A DNA stretch of 64,000 nt from Chloroflexota bacterium. Its GTDB lineage: Bacteria > Chloroflexota > Anaerolineae > Anaerolineales > VGOW01. The translations under genes were made by a program, and so were the position numbers. The notes under the pieces were generated by a model that did not search any database, was not told the origin of the DNA, and saw only the letters and a list, made by a program, of their open reading frames with translations. Every line of letters begins with the position of its first letter. The stretch's first letter is position 1. Shown piece after piece: positions 9,067 to 17,538 of the stretch. The stretch covers positions 25,010-89,009 of the forward strand of contig JACRBQ010000036.1 of assembly GCA_016213135.1 (NCBI GenBank), read 5' to 3'.

Positions 9067-9741
9067 ATGAAACCGCTCGCAGAACTGCTCGAAGCGTCCG
9101 CCGCCCTGCACCGCCATCTCTGCCCGCGCCAGGTGTTGGGGGCGCGGATGGGGATGCTGGCGGGTGAACTGCTCGGCCTCGACCTGCCGCAAACCGACAC
9201 CCGGACCTTTGGCCCGAGTGCAGGTAAACGACTGTATGCCATTGTCGAAACCGACGGCTGTTTCACCGATGGCGTCTCGGCGGCGACCAACTGCTGGGTG
9301 GGACGGCGGACTATGCGCGTGGAAGACTACGGCAAAGTGGCGACGACGTTTGTGGACACGCAGACCGGACAAGCCATCCGCATCGTTCCCCAATCCGATG
9401 TACGCCTGCGCGCCCGCGATTACGCGCCGGAGGCGCGCAACAAATGGGAAACGATGTTGCTGGGCTATCAGCGGATACCCGCTGGCGAGTTGCTGTCGGC
9501 GTTGCCGGTGCAACTGAAAACGCCGATGGAGAAGATTGCCAGCCGGGCGGGAGTCAAGGCACTGTGCGAGATATGCGGCGAGGAAATTATGAACGAGCGC
9601 GAGGTTATTCGCGATGGGGCGATCCTGTGCCGGGCATGCGCCGGACATGCCTACTATGTCCTCATGGCGGAGGGTACGCTTCCGAATTCTGATTTATTGC
9701 AAGCCAACCAGGATATGATGGCGCTTCTGGTCGCCGCGTAG
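9067..9741 (+). CDS. FmdE-family protein with C-terminal Cys4 zinc-ribbon
   Basis: FmdE-like core (HRHLCPRQVLGARMG, ETDGCFTDGV) and CEICGEE...LCRACAG. ATG 9067 is preferred over the track's TTG at 9052. Confidence 0.65.
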   Translation: MKPLAELLEASAALHRHLCPRQVLGARMGMLAGELLGLDLPQTDTRTFGPSAGKRLYAIVETDGCFTDGVSAATNCWVGRRTMRVEDYGKVATTFVDTQTGQAIRIVPQSDVRLRARDYAPEARNKWETMLLGYQRIPAGELLSALPVQLKTPMEKIASRAGVKALCEICGEEIMNEREVIRDGAILCRACAGHAYYVLMAEGTLPNSDLLQANQDMMALLVAA

Positions 9742-9771
9742 GTTGTTCTCTGGAGGTAGGTTGCCTTGTTC

Positions 9772-10479
9772 CTACCCAAACGCCGCTCGAAATTCCCGCA
9801 CCGCCTTCGGCCCGTTGCGTTCCAGTCCTTTGTAAAACTTTGCCTGATCTTGAATACGGAAGTCGAGACGCTCGACAAGAAACGGAGCCAGGCGCTCGCC
9901 TGAGCGCCGCCGCTCAAGCACATTCAGGAAATACTCGATGGCGTTTTCGACGCTATGCACGTCTGTCCAGTCGGCCTTGTAAACTGGCACGCCGGATTGG
10001 GTGAAAATCCAACTCATGTTGGGCATGGAGCCGTAGGCGCGGTGGCATGCGCCGTCCAGCGCATCCACTAGAATTGGGCGCGTCACGCCGACGCCCAGCG
10101 TGTCACGCAGGTCACGGGCGTGTTTGAATTTTTGCGCCATTGAAGTCAGGTGCGGATAGTGCTCGCCGGGATGGGCTTCGTGCGTGTAGAGGAATATCGA
10201 GCCGACGCCGCGATCCGCATATCGTTCCGCCAGCGCATTCATGGATGGCGCCGCCATCCCGCAATACGGTCAGGTGAAACTGCCAAACTCGATGATGGTG
10301 TAGGCGTGCTGTGACCAAATGGCGCTGAGCTGCGTCTCGCGCTCGTTCAAATGCCACAGCGGAAAATCGGGCGCGGGTTTCCCCAGCGGCGGACTGGACT
10401 CAAAGCGTAGCCACGGCTCGAACTTGGCCGGGATGAATTCGTCGTAGTTGTAGCGCGCAAGCAAATCGGAATCGGTCAT
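9772..10479 (-). CDS. Iodothyronine-deiodinase-family (thioredoxin-fold) selenoprotein; in-frame UGA at 10270-10272
   Basis: Track ORFs 10270-10536 and 9772-10257 are in one frame, separated only by TGA. Read-through gives IIEFGSFT-U-PYCG and then IFLYTHEAHPGE, matching the deiodinase FGSxT-U-P and YIEEAH blocks. Start (10479 or 10482) chosen by homology to the paralogue at 43698. Confidence 0.8.
10243..10259 (-). promoter_or_regulatory. Candidate bacterial SECIS stem-loop
   Basis: GGAUGGC-GGC-GCCAUCC (7 bp, or 6 bp with a 5-nt loop) starting 13 nt after the U of UGA. Confidence 0.5.
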
Positions 10480-10486
10480 CATCACC

Positions 10487-11500
10487 TCAAGGGGCATAGA
10501 ACTCTGAGTCGGGATAGAAATCCTTCCAAGCCCCATCGTAGGAACTCAAACTAGGGACGGGTTGCAGGGACTCGCCTTTGAGCGGCCCGGCGGTTGCCAA
10601 TCCGCGCACCGGGTTCCATGTTGAACCCGTCTCTTCGTCAACCAACACATCTCCATCAGCGCGAAAAGAAAGCGTACGCCCGGCGGCCTGCCTCACGTAG
10701 GCATGGAACGACTCGCCTGAGACCCACAGGACGACAGGCGCATCGCCAAGCGCGTCATTGATTACCCCTGCCGTTTCGGCGCCCGTATAGTAATACGCTT
10801 TGGCCTGCCCGGCCAGCACCAGGCCAACAACGAAATCCCGGCTGAACTCCTGCCGTCTGCTTCCCAACCGGTCCACATCGTTGACCATTACCAGCGTGTC
10901 GGGATACTCTGCCTTCCAATTGGCCCAAGTCGTCAACTGCGAGGGGAGTAAATTGAGTTGCACCCCTTTGAGCGGCCCGATGATGGCCCGGCCCCAGGGC
11001 TGTGACCAGATCGAGCGCGTCTCATGGTCATACCAGGTCATGGCGTTCATAAACAGCGCCCCCCCATTCCCAAACGTGTTGGGCACGCCATCAATGCGCC
11101 GGTCGTGCACGAGACCGGTGTAGCAAATCGGTCACCAGGTGACGAGGATGGGAATGCCCGCCAGTTCGTCGTCCACCATTTCACGGAAGCGCAAGACGGT
11201 GACCGGATAGGCTTTGGCCTCGCCGTCGAGGGCGATGCCCATCACCAGCTCGTCGTCGAGCAGGGGTGCATCGGCTGCGCTGGCAAACTGCGGGTCGTAG
11301 ACCGGCGGAATGCCGTCGAAGGGGATCAATTGTGGAAATGCGTATTCGTTCGTGTCGGTCACGCGAACATTTGTGGCGACGGGCGAGGCCGGTAATGGGG
11401 TCCCAACCGACACGGGGAACTCAGGCGTGGCCGCAGGAGTCGGCGCGGCGCAAGCCGAGAGCAGAATAACGAACACCAGAAGGAATTTTCGCTTCACCAT
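10487..11500 (-). CDS. DUF3179-family lipoprotein, selenocysteine-containing; in-frame UGA at 11132-11134
   Basis: Track ORFs 11132-11500 and 10487-11110 share a frame. Read-through gives IPILVTW-U-PICYTGLVHDRRIDG...HETRSIWSQ, where Cys homologues carry VT(Y/F)CPLC. Lipobox LLSAC at the N-terminus. Confidence 0.75.
11099..11118 (-). promoter_or_regulatory. Candidate bacterial SECIS stem-loop
   Basis: CCGGUC-UCGUGCAC-GACCGG (6 bp, 8-nt loop containing GU) starting 16 nt after the U of UGA. Confidence 0.45.
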
Positions 11501-11675
11501 TTAGCCTGCCATCTTATAGACGCGGCAACCCGCCAGATCCTTACGCCTGCCCTGGTAAGATTTCCGCCGCCCGGCGCGTCCACAGCATATGCGACTCATT
11601 CATCGCCTCCTTCTTCTGCGGTACAGCATTCCTGCCAGCTTCGTTCTGAACTCTGGCCCGGAGCCGAATGGCCTG

Positions 11676-12455
11676 ATGATATCGGAGCCGGTGGCCGCCG
11701 ACCTGCGCCGCATCATCAACGCGCTGAAAGCCGAGGCTTACGATACGGTACATGGCCGGGTGGACTATGCCCGCCTGCGCGCCAGCCCGACCTACGCCGA
11801 GTATTGCCGGTGCGCCCGACGCTTGCAATCCTTCGACCCCGTGACGCTCGGGAGCCGCGAAGAGCGCCTCGCCTTCTGGATCAATCTGTACAACGCCCTT
11901 ATTGTGGATGCCGTGATTCAGTTTGAAGTGAAGCGTTCGGTCAACGAAGCGCCGGGGTTTTTCTGGCGGGCGGCTTACAATATCGGCGGTCAGCGGTACT
12001 GCGCGTTCGACATCGAATACGGCATCCTGCGCGCGAACGCGCCGCATCCGGCCATCCCCGGCGCGCACTTCGGCGCGAGTGATCCGCGCCGCCGCCACAG
12101 TCTTCAACGGCTCGATCCGCGCATTCACTTCGCGCTGGTGTGCGCGGCGCGCTCATGCCCACCCATCGCCGTGTACGACGCGACGCGGATTGACGATCAA
12201 TTGGAAATAGCAGCGCGGACATTCATCAACAACGGCGGCGCAGAGATAGACCGCGCTTCCGGCGAAGTGAGGCTGTCGCAACTATTTCAATGGTACGCGC
12301 AGGATTTTGGGGCGAGGCCGTTTGGGTTTGGAGATAAGCGTCCACTATTGGAGTTTATCGCCGCTTATCTACCCGATGAGAGGGATCGCGAATACGTGTT
12401 GCAGGGCAAGCTTACTGTTCGGTTTCAACCTTACGATTGGTCGTTGAACGATTAG
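11676..12455 (+). CDS. DUF547 domain protein
   Basis: ERLAFWINLYNALIVDAVIQ and CAARSCPPI blocks typical of DUF547. Start uncertain; the track gives an alternative ATG at 11589. Confidence 0.65.
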   Translation: MISEPVAADLRRIINALKAEAYDTVHGRVDYARLRASPTYAEYCRCARRLQSFDPVTLGSREERLAFWINLYNALIVDAVIQFEVKRSVNEAPGFFWRAAYNIGGQRYCAFDIEYGILRANAPHPAIPGAHFGASDPRRRHSLQRLDPRIHFALVCAARSCPPIAVYDATRIDDQLEIAARTFINNGGAEIDRASGEVRLSQLFQWYAQDFGARPFGFGDKRPLLEFIAAYLPDERDREYVLQGKLTVRFQPYDWSLND

Positions 12456-12772
12456 ACGGCGCTGCCAGCAGACGCGGCCGATGTGGGCGCGCGCAAAACC
12501 CGCAACAGCGCCTCGAACTCCTCGCGGCAGTCGTGGCACATGTCCAGATGTTTCTGGACGAGCGGCATGAGCCGGGCGGTGTCCTCGCCGCGCAGAACGG
12601 CCTCGGCAAACTCGTCGAGCAGACGGTGAACATCGTCGCAAGTGTATTCCACCTCGTCCGTCATCTCGATCTGCCGGGCCATTTTGAGAACGGCCTCGGG
12701 CGCAAGCGGCATCGGCCGAGCGCGGTTGCCGGGCCGTATCCAACGTTTAATCGTCTCAAGCCAATGAAGCAT
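12452..12772 (-). CDS. Anti-sigma factor, zf-HC2 type
   Basis: HLDMCHDCREEFEALLRVL (HxxxCxxC). Lies immediately downstream of the ECF sigma gene. Confidence 0.7.
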   Translation of the reverse strand: MLHWLETIKRWIRPGNRARPMPLAPEAVLKMARQIEMTDEVEYTCDDVHRLLDEFAEAVLRGEDTARLMPLVQKHLDMCHDCREEFEALLRVLRAPTSAASAGSAV

Positions 12773-12819
12773 ACTCGCCGTCGCTTTCCATCCTATAGAC
12801 GCGCTTGGGATTGCATTTC

Positions 12820-13458
12820 TTACCCGCGCTCGAAGGCGGCCAGTAGATCGCCTGCGGTCAGCCCTTCGCGGGCCAGCCGTCGTTTCAATCGCAGACGCGC
12901 ATCGTGCAACAGTTTGTAGAGCGCGTTACGGTCCGTCCCCAACTGGTGAGCCGCTTCTGCCAACGGCATTCCTTTGAGTCCCACCGCCGTCATGGCTCGC
13001 AGTTGTTTGCCCGTGAGTTCTTCCATCATCATCTGTTGCACGCGCGCCAGCAAGTCGGCGCGCTCAATGACCGCCTCCGGCCCGGACGCGGTATCGGCCA
13101 TCAGGCCGGACTCCCCGCCGTTCTCGGCGCTATCCAGCAAATGATCAAGCGACATATCCTTCCAGCGACGGCGGCGCAGTTCGGTGAGCGCCACGCGCAC
13201 AGCGATTTTGTGCGCCCAAGTGGTGAACTGGCTGCGGCCCTCAAACGAGTCCAGATTCTTGAGCGCCCGCATCAGCGTTTCCTGCGTCACGTCTTCGGCC
13301 AGGGCAGTGAATTGCGGATTATCCGGCGAGAGCCAATCGCGCAGGGCGTACGGCAGGCCGTGCAAGATTTCCGCGCGGAGGTCAACCAGCGCCGCCTCGC
13401 GCCGCGCGCCGCCCGCGCGCAACTCCGACAGCCATTGTTCATTAGTGCGCTTCGTCAT
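12820..13458 (-). CDS. ECF-type RNA polymerase sigma-70 factor
   Basis: Region 2 (VTQETLMRALKNLDSFEGRSQFTTWAHKIAVR) and region 4 (LTGKQLRAMTAVGLKGMPLAEAAHQLGTDRNALYKLLHDAR). Start taken at MTKRTNEQW (13458). Confidence 0.85.
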   Translation of the reverse strand: MTKRTNEQWLSELRAGGARREAALVDLRAEILHGLPYALRDWLSPDNPQFTALAEDVTQETLMRALKNLDSFEGRSQFTTWAHKIAVRVALTELRRRRWKDMSLDHLLDSAENGGESGLMADTASGPEAVIERADLLARVQQMMMEELTGKQLRAMTAVGLKGMPLAEAAHQLGTDRNALYKLLHDARLRLKRRLAREGLTAGDLLAAFERG

Positions 13459-13677
13459 GCTCGCCTCATAAGCGGCATTATACCCGTTGGCACACTTAAC
13501 TTTAGGAAAGACGCTGGTAAGGAATTGCCCGTTCGGCGCGTCTATAAAAATAGCCGGACACTTTTGCAACTCAATTTGGCATCAGAGAAAAAGCCGCTAA
13601 GAGGCAGGAGCGACGTTTCTGCCCGAATTTGACCAGACCCTATGATAGGCGCCCGCGCCTTTCACGGAGAATAACGA

Positions 13678-15390
13678 ATGAACAATCCCAAGAAGCATGA
13701 CGTTGCCATCATCGGCTCCGGCATGGGCGGCTCCACGCTGGCCGCGGTGCTGGCCCGGCACGGGCTGTCGGTGATTGTGTTCGAAGGCGGTACCCACCCG
13801 CGCTTCACCATCGGCGAGTCGATGATTCTCGAAACCTCGGAAGCGATGCGGGCGCTGGCCGAGTTCTACGATGTGCCGGAACTGGCCTACTACAGTTCGG
13901 AAAACTTCTACCCTTATATTGGCACCTCGCACGGCGTGAAGCGCCACTTTAGTTTTGTCCATCATACGGCTGGGCAAAAGGTGGCCGTGAACAAAAGCCT
14001 GCAAGCCGTCATCCCCAAACTACCGTACGGGCATGAGATTCACATTCAACGGCAGGATTCCGATTACTTCCTCACTTCCGTCGCCATCTCGTACGGCGCG
14101 ACGGTATTGCAAAACACGCTCATTCAAGACATCAACGTTCATCCTGACGGCGTAGACGTGATCACCCACAAGGGCCAGACGCACCACGCCTCATACATCG
14201 TTGACGCGGGCGGGATGAAATCTTTGCTCGCCAACAAGTTCAACTGGCGGCATCGCGATTGCCTCTCGCACTCGCGCACCCTCTTCACCCACATGGTGGA
14301 CGTGCCCTGTTTCAACAACGTTGGCCCGGCGCGGCAGGCATTCGGCCATCCCTACCCGCTCTCCGAGGGCACCCTGCACCATATCTTCAAGGGCGGCTGG
14401 CTGTGGATAATTCCGTTCAACAACCATCCCGGCGCCACCAACCCGCTGTGCAGTGTGGGCCTGCAACTCGACCCGCGCCTTTACCCGCAGCGCAACGACC
14501 TGACGCCCGAAGAGGAGTTCTACAACTTCATCCGGCAGTTCCCGGATATGGCGGCTCACCTGAAAGATGCGCGCCCGGTGCGTGACTGGATGAGGATTGA
14601 CCGCCTGCAATACTCGGCCACGCACATCGTGGGCGACCGTTTTGCCCTGCTGGCCCATGCCGCCGGTTTCATTGACCCGCTATATTCGAAGGGTCTGTAT
14701 GTCACTCATATCAGCATTTTCTTGATGGCCGACCTGTTGCTCAAAGCCAAACAGACCGGCGACTACTCGGCGCAAGCCTTTGCCCCGCTGGAGACGATGA
14801 CGCTCAACTACATCAAAATGCACGACCGGCTGGTGGCGAGTTCCTTCAAAACCTGGAGCCACTACAAACTCTGGCAGGTCTATTCGGTGCTGTGGCTGTT
14901 GGGGGCGTATCTGGAGTATCTGCGCCTGATCACCAATCGCTACCGCTCTAAAACTCGCGCCGAGTACCTCGCCTTCCTGCGACCGCACCAATTGGTGGGG
15001 GGCGGCTTCGACCGTTTCTTTGAAATTCAAGAGAAGATTGATGCGCTCATGGACCGGGTCAACCCGGACGACGAAGCCGACGTGGATCGCACGGTGGCCG
15101 AGATTCGCGCTTGCTTTGACTCGTTCCCGTGGCTCCCCATCGTCTTCCGCGAACTCTTGCAAGGCAAGAACCATTTGCCCGACAACAAACTGCGCCTGAG
15201 CCTGCTCAAACCGGGTAATGGTTTCCTCGGTAATGGCGTTTATTACCAGCATTTCTTTGGTGGCGTGCCGCTGTTGGAATTAGGGCGGCGGGCGTTGGCC
15301 GACCAACTGCGCTACTCCCGACCGGCCATTGAGTGGCAACGGCGCACCCGCGCCCGCCTGGCGCAACAAACCCAAGTGACTCATGTTTGA
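13678..15390 (+). CDS. FAD-dependent oxidoreductase of the flavin-dependent halogenase family
   Basis: GxGxxG ([11 protein letters not shown]), PRFTIGES, and the WxWxIP signature (GGWLWIIPF). Confidence 0.6.
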   Translation: MNNPKKHDVAIIGSGMGGSTLAAVLARHGLSVIVFEGGTHPRFTIGESMILETSEAMRALAEFYDVPELAYYSSENFYPYIGTSHGVKRHFSFVHHTAGQKVAVNKSLQAVIPKLPYGHEIHIQRQDSDYFLTSVAISYGATVLQNTLIQDINVHPDGVDVITHKGQTHHASYIVDAGGMKSLLANKFNWRHRDCLSHSRTLFTHMVDVPCFNNVGPARQAFGHPYPLSEGTLHHIFKGGWLWIIPFNNHPGATNPLCSVGLQLDPRLYPQRNDLTPEEEFYNFIRQFPDMAAHLKDARPVRDWMRIDRLQYSATHIVGDRFALLAHAAGFIDPLYSKGLYVTHISIFLMADLLLKAKQTGDYSAQAFAPLETMTLNYIKMHDRLVASSFKTWSHYKLWQVYSVLWLLGAYLEYLRLITNRYRSKTRAEYLAFLRPHQLVGGGFDRFFEIQEKIDALMDRVNPDDEADVDRTVAEIRACFDSFPWLPIVFRELLQGKNHLPDNKLRLSLLKPGNGFLGNGVYYQHFFGGVPLLELGRRALADQLRYSRPAIEWQRRTRARLAQQTQVTHV

Positions 15391-16003
15391 CGACCCACTG
15401 CGCCGGGCCAAAGACCGCTGGGGGGAACCCCTGGCCGTGCGGTTGGGACGTATTCCGCCCAACGCCGCCACTCTGACCGCTTTCGGGCTAGGGGTCATTG
15501 CTGTGACGCTCGCTGCCCAGGGCGCTTATCTCTGGGCGCTGGGCTTCTGGTCACTCAATCGCCTGATTGATGCTTTCGACGGCCTGCTGGCGCGGATGCA
15601 GAATCAACAAAGCGACTTCGGCGGCTACCTCGATATTTTGCTGGACTTTGCGATCTATGCGGCTCTGCCGATTGGACTGGTAGTGAGCGCTCCCTCAGAA
15701 ACGCGATACTTCGCACTGGCATTCTTGTTGGGGGCCTTCTACGTCAACGGCGCGTCGTGGATGTATCTGGCCGCGATTTTTGAGAAGCGCAGCTCCCGGA
15801 CAGCGCACTCCGCCACCGCGCCCCGGAACATGACTACCGTTATCATGCCGTCGGGCCTGGTTGGCGCAGTAGAAACGTTTATTGCTTATTGTGCATTCTT
15901 GTTGTGGCCGGAAGCGCTGGAATGGCTATATCTTGGCTTTGGGGCGATGGTGTTGTTGACAACTAGCCAGCGACTTGTCTGGGCTTGGCGCGCTTTACGT
16001 TAA
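15383..16003 (+). CDS. CDP-alcohol phosphatidyltransferase family membrane protein
   Basis: [23 protein letters not shown] fits DGx2ARx8Gx3Dx3D. Multi-TM. Overlaps the previous gene by 8 nt. Confidence 0.8.
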   Translation: MFDDPLRRAKDRWGEPLAVRLGRIPPNAATLTAFGLGVIAVTLAAQGAYLWALGFWSLNRLIDAFDGLLARMQNQQSDFGGYLDILLDFAIYAALPIGLVVSAPSETRYFALAFLLGAFYVNGASWMYLAAIFEKRSSRTAHSATAPRNMTTVIMPSGLVGAVETFIAYCAFLLWPEALEWLYLGFGAMVLLTTSQRLVWAWRALR

Positions 16004-16030
16004 AAGACTTCAAAAAGGATTTTTCCCATC

Positions 16031-16582
16031 ATGCCAACCCTCAAAACCGGACAACCCGCTCCCCTTTTCACCTTGCAAACGATTGAAGGCGAGCAAATCT
16101 CGCTGAGCGACGTGGTGAAGAGCGGCAATCAGGCTCTGTTGGTCTTTTTGCGCCATCTTGGCTGACTGCCCTGCCGGGAACGTGCCGCACAGTTGTGCGC
16201 GCGCCAGAACGAATTCAAACAACTCAATACCCGCGCGCTGATTATCTCGTTTGGAACTCTACCCGCTCTTCAGGCGTGGATGCGCGACACATGCAATTCC
16301 TTCGATGTCCTGCTCGACCGCGAACGGAGTGTCTATCAAGCCTACCAACTCGACCGTTCGCGCTGGCGGTCGTGGAGTCCAAGAATGATTTGGACGTATG
16401 CCAAACTGCTGGCCGCCGGGCGCAAATGGATTCCCAAGGATGAGGGCGCCGACACCTCTCAACTGGGCGGCGATTTCATCATCGACTCGAATGGCATTCT
16501 GCGGCTGGCCTATCGCAGTGAGGACCCGGCTGACCGCCCACCAGTGAATGACTTGCTGGCTATCTTAAATCGCCTGCGCTGA
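16031..16582 (+). CDS. Peroxiredoxin-like (AhpC/TSA_2, PRXL2/SelU-type) selenoprotein; in-frame UGA at 16163-16165
   Basis: ATG 16031 opens MPTLKTGQPAPLFTLQT...LLVFLRHLG-U-LPCRE, in frame with track ORF 16193-16582 (...QLGGDFIIDSNGILRLAYRSEDPADRPP). Confidence 0.8.
16181..16203 (+). promoter_or_regulatory. Candidate bacterial SECIS stem-loop
   Basis: CGUG(C)C-GCAC-AGUU-GUGC-G-CGCG: stem with one bulged C and apical loop AGUU. The core is conserved, with a compensatory pair change, in the paralogue at 57781-57798. Confidence 0.55.
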
Positions 16583-16593
16583 TCCGCCCGCGC

Positions 16594-16806
16594 TCAATCG
16601 TCGGCGGCAGACGCGCCCACACAGGGGAGCGGCCACAGCGCCTCAGCGGGCAGAGCCACTGCACCCGCTCCCCCGTCGGTGGGCCATACGGGGGGAAACA
16701 GCCAGTGCCCGCTGAACGCCCATACCCCAAACGGCAAAAGCGGCGCGAACACGCCCAGCAGAATGAGCGCCGGCGCAAGCCGGGCCGAAGGCGGTCCGCC
16801 CTTCAT
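16594..16806 (-). CDS. Small hydrophobic ORF (possible truncated permease fragment), translationally coupled to the upstream hydrolase gene
   Basis: ATGA overlap at 16803-16806. Sequence LAPALILLGVFAPLLPFGVWAFSGHWLFPP is membrane-like. Only 70 aa. Confidence 0.3.
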   Translation of the reverse strand: MKGGPPSARLAPALILLGVFAPLLPFGVWAFSGHWLFPPVWPTDGGAGAVALPAEALWPLPCVGASAADD

Positions 16807-17381
16807 GCCACGCTCCTATGAGCGGCGCGCTCGCGCCACCATTGGAGAGCCAGATAACCGAGGAAGAATAAATCGAGCATATGCTCCAACGGCGCGACGA
16901 TGCTTGCGTAGTAGCGCCGATCCCAATAACTAATGGGGCTTGGGAAGCGATAATCCCAATTGAGCGGGAAGAACACCAGTGGCCCGTCGTTGTGATGGGT
17001 GGCGATGTCCACTACCGAATGCAGTCCACATCCCAGCGCGAACCACAAGAGTGACCAACCCCACGCGTGCCCTCGACGACCCGCCAGATAGCCCACGCCG
17101 CCAAACAGTAGAAGCACCAGTGGCGCGTGAAATAAGTTGTAGCCGGCTTTCCAGAAAGGGTCATTGAAGTACAGCGCGTCGAACCACTCAAAGAAACGAT
17201 AACCCGGTGGCAGGGGCGCTATGAAGCGATAGTACACGCCCGCGCCGAGGGTGAGGAATAGCAACGGCACATCCGGCAGGAACGAGCCGATGATGAAGGC
17301 GCGGCTGTGGACTGGCACCGACTTTTTGGTCAGCACCTTGTCGAGCATGGCGGTCATGAGGGCGTGCGAGTAGGTTTGCAT
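16803..17381 (-). CDS. Membrane-bound metal-dependent hydrolase (DUF457/YdjM-like)
   Basis: His-rich multi-TM protein (MQTYSHALMTAML, LHSVVDIATHHNDG). Confidence 0.5.
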   Translation of the reverse strand: MQTYSHALMTAMLDKVLTKKSVPVHSRAFIIGSFLPDVPLLFLTLGAGVYYRFIAPLPPGYRFFEWFDALYFNDPFWKAGYNLFHAPLVLLLFGGVGYLAGRRGHAWGWSLLWFALGCGLHSVVDIATHHNDGPLVFFPLNWDYRFPSPISYWDRRYYASIVAPLEHMLDLFFLGYLALQWWRERAAHRSVA

Positions 17382-17538
17382 GTTTAGAGGTTAGAGCCAA
17401 ATAATGAGTGTTGGCAATGGCGCCTCCATCAAATACAAACGTGCGCGCCGGCTCCGGGTACTTGCCCTGAGCGATCAGACTGGAGGCTTCGGCAGGGTTC
17501 GGCCAGTCGGAGACTGGCGCCATTTCGAGTGAATGGGT

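Noticed and set aside
8443-9648. 401-aa ORF on the minus strand (similar cases at 56105-57625, 38575-39771, 59728-60660 and 7510-8370)
   Set aside because: These lie antisense to strongly supported genes (Mo subunit, GH15, TrxR fusion, tkt). They have Arg/Ala/Gly/Pro-rich, low-complexity composition with no recognisable domains, which is typical of spurious long ORFs in GC-rich DNA.
9755-9776. Hairpin GGTAGG-N10-CCTACC between the convergent FmdE-like and deiodinase-like genes as a bidirectional terminator
   Set aside because: The stem is only 6 bp, there is no U-tract on either strand, it overlaps the deiodinase-like stop codon, and it is not conserved at the paralogous locus (42965-42991).
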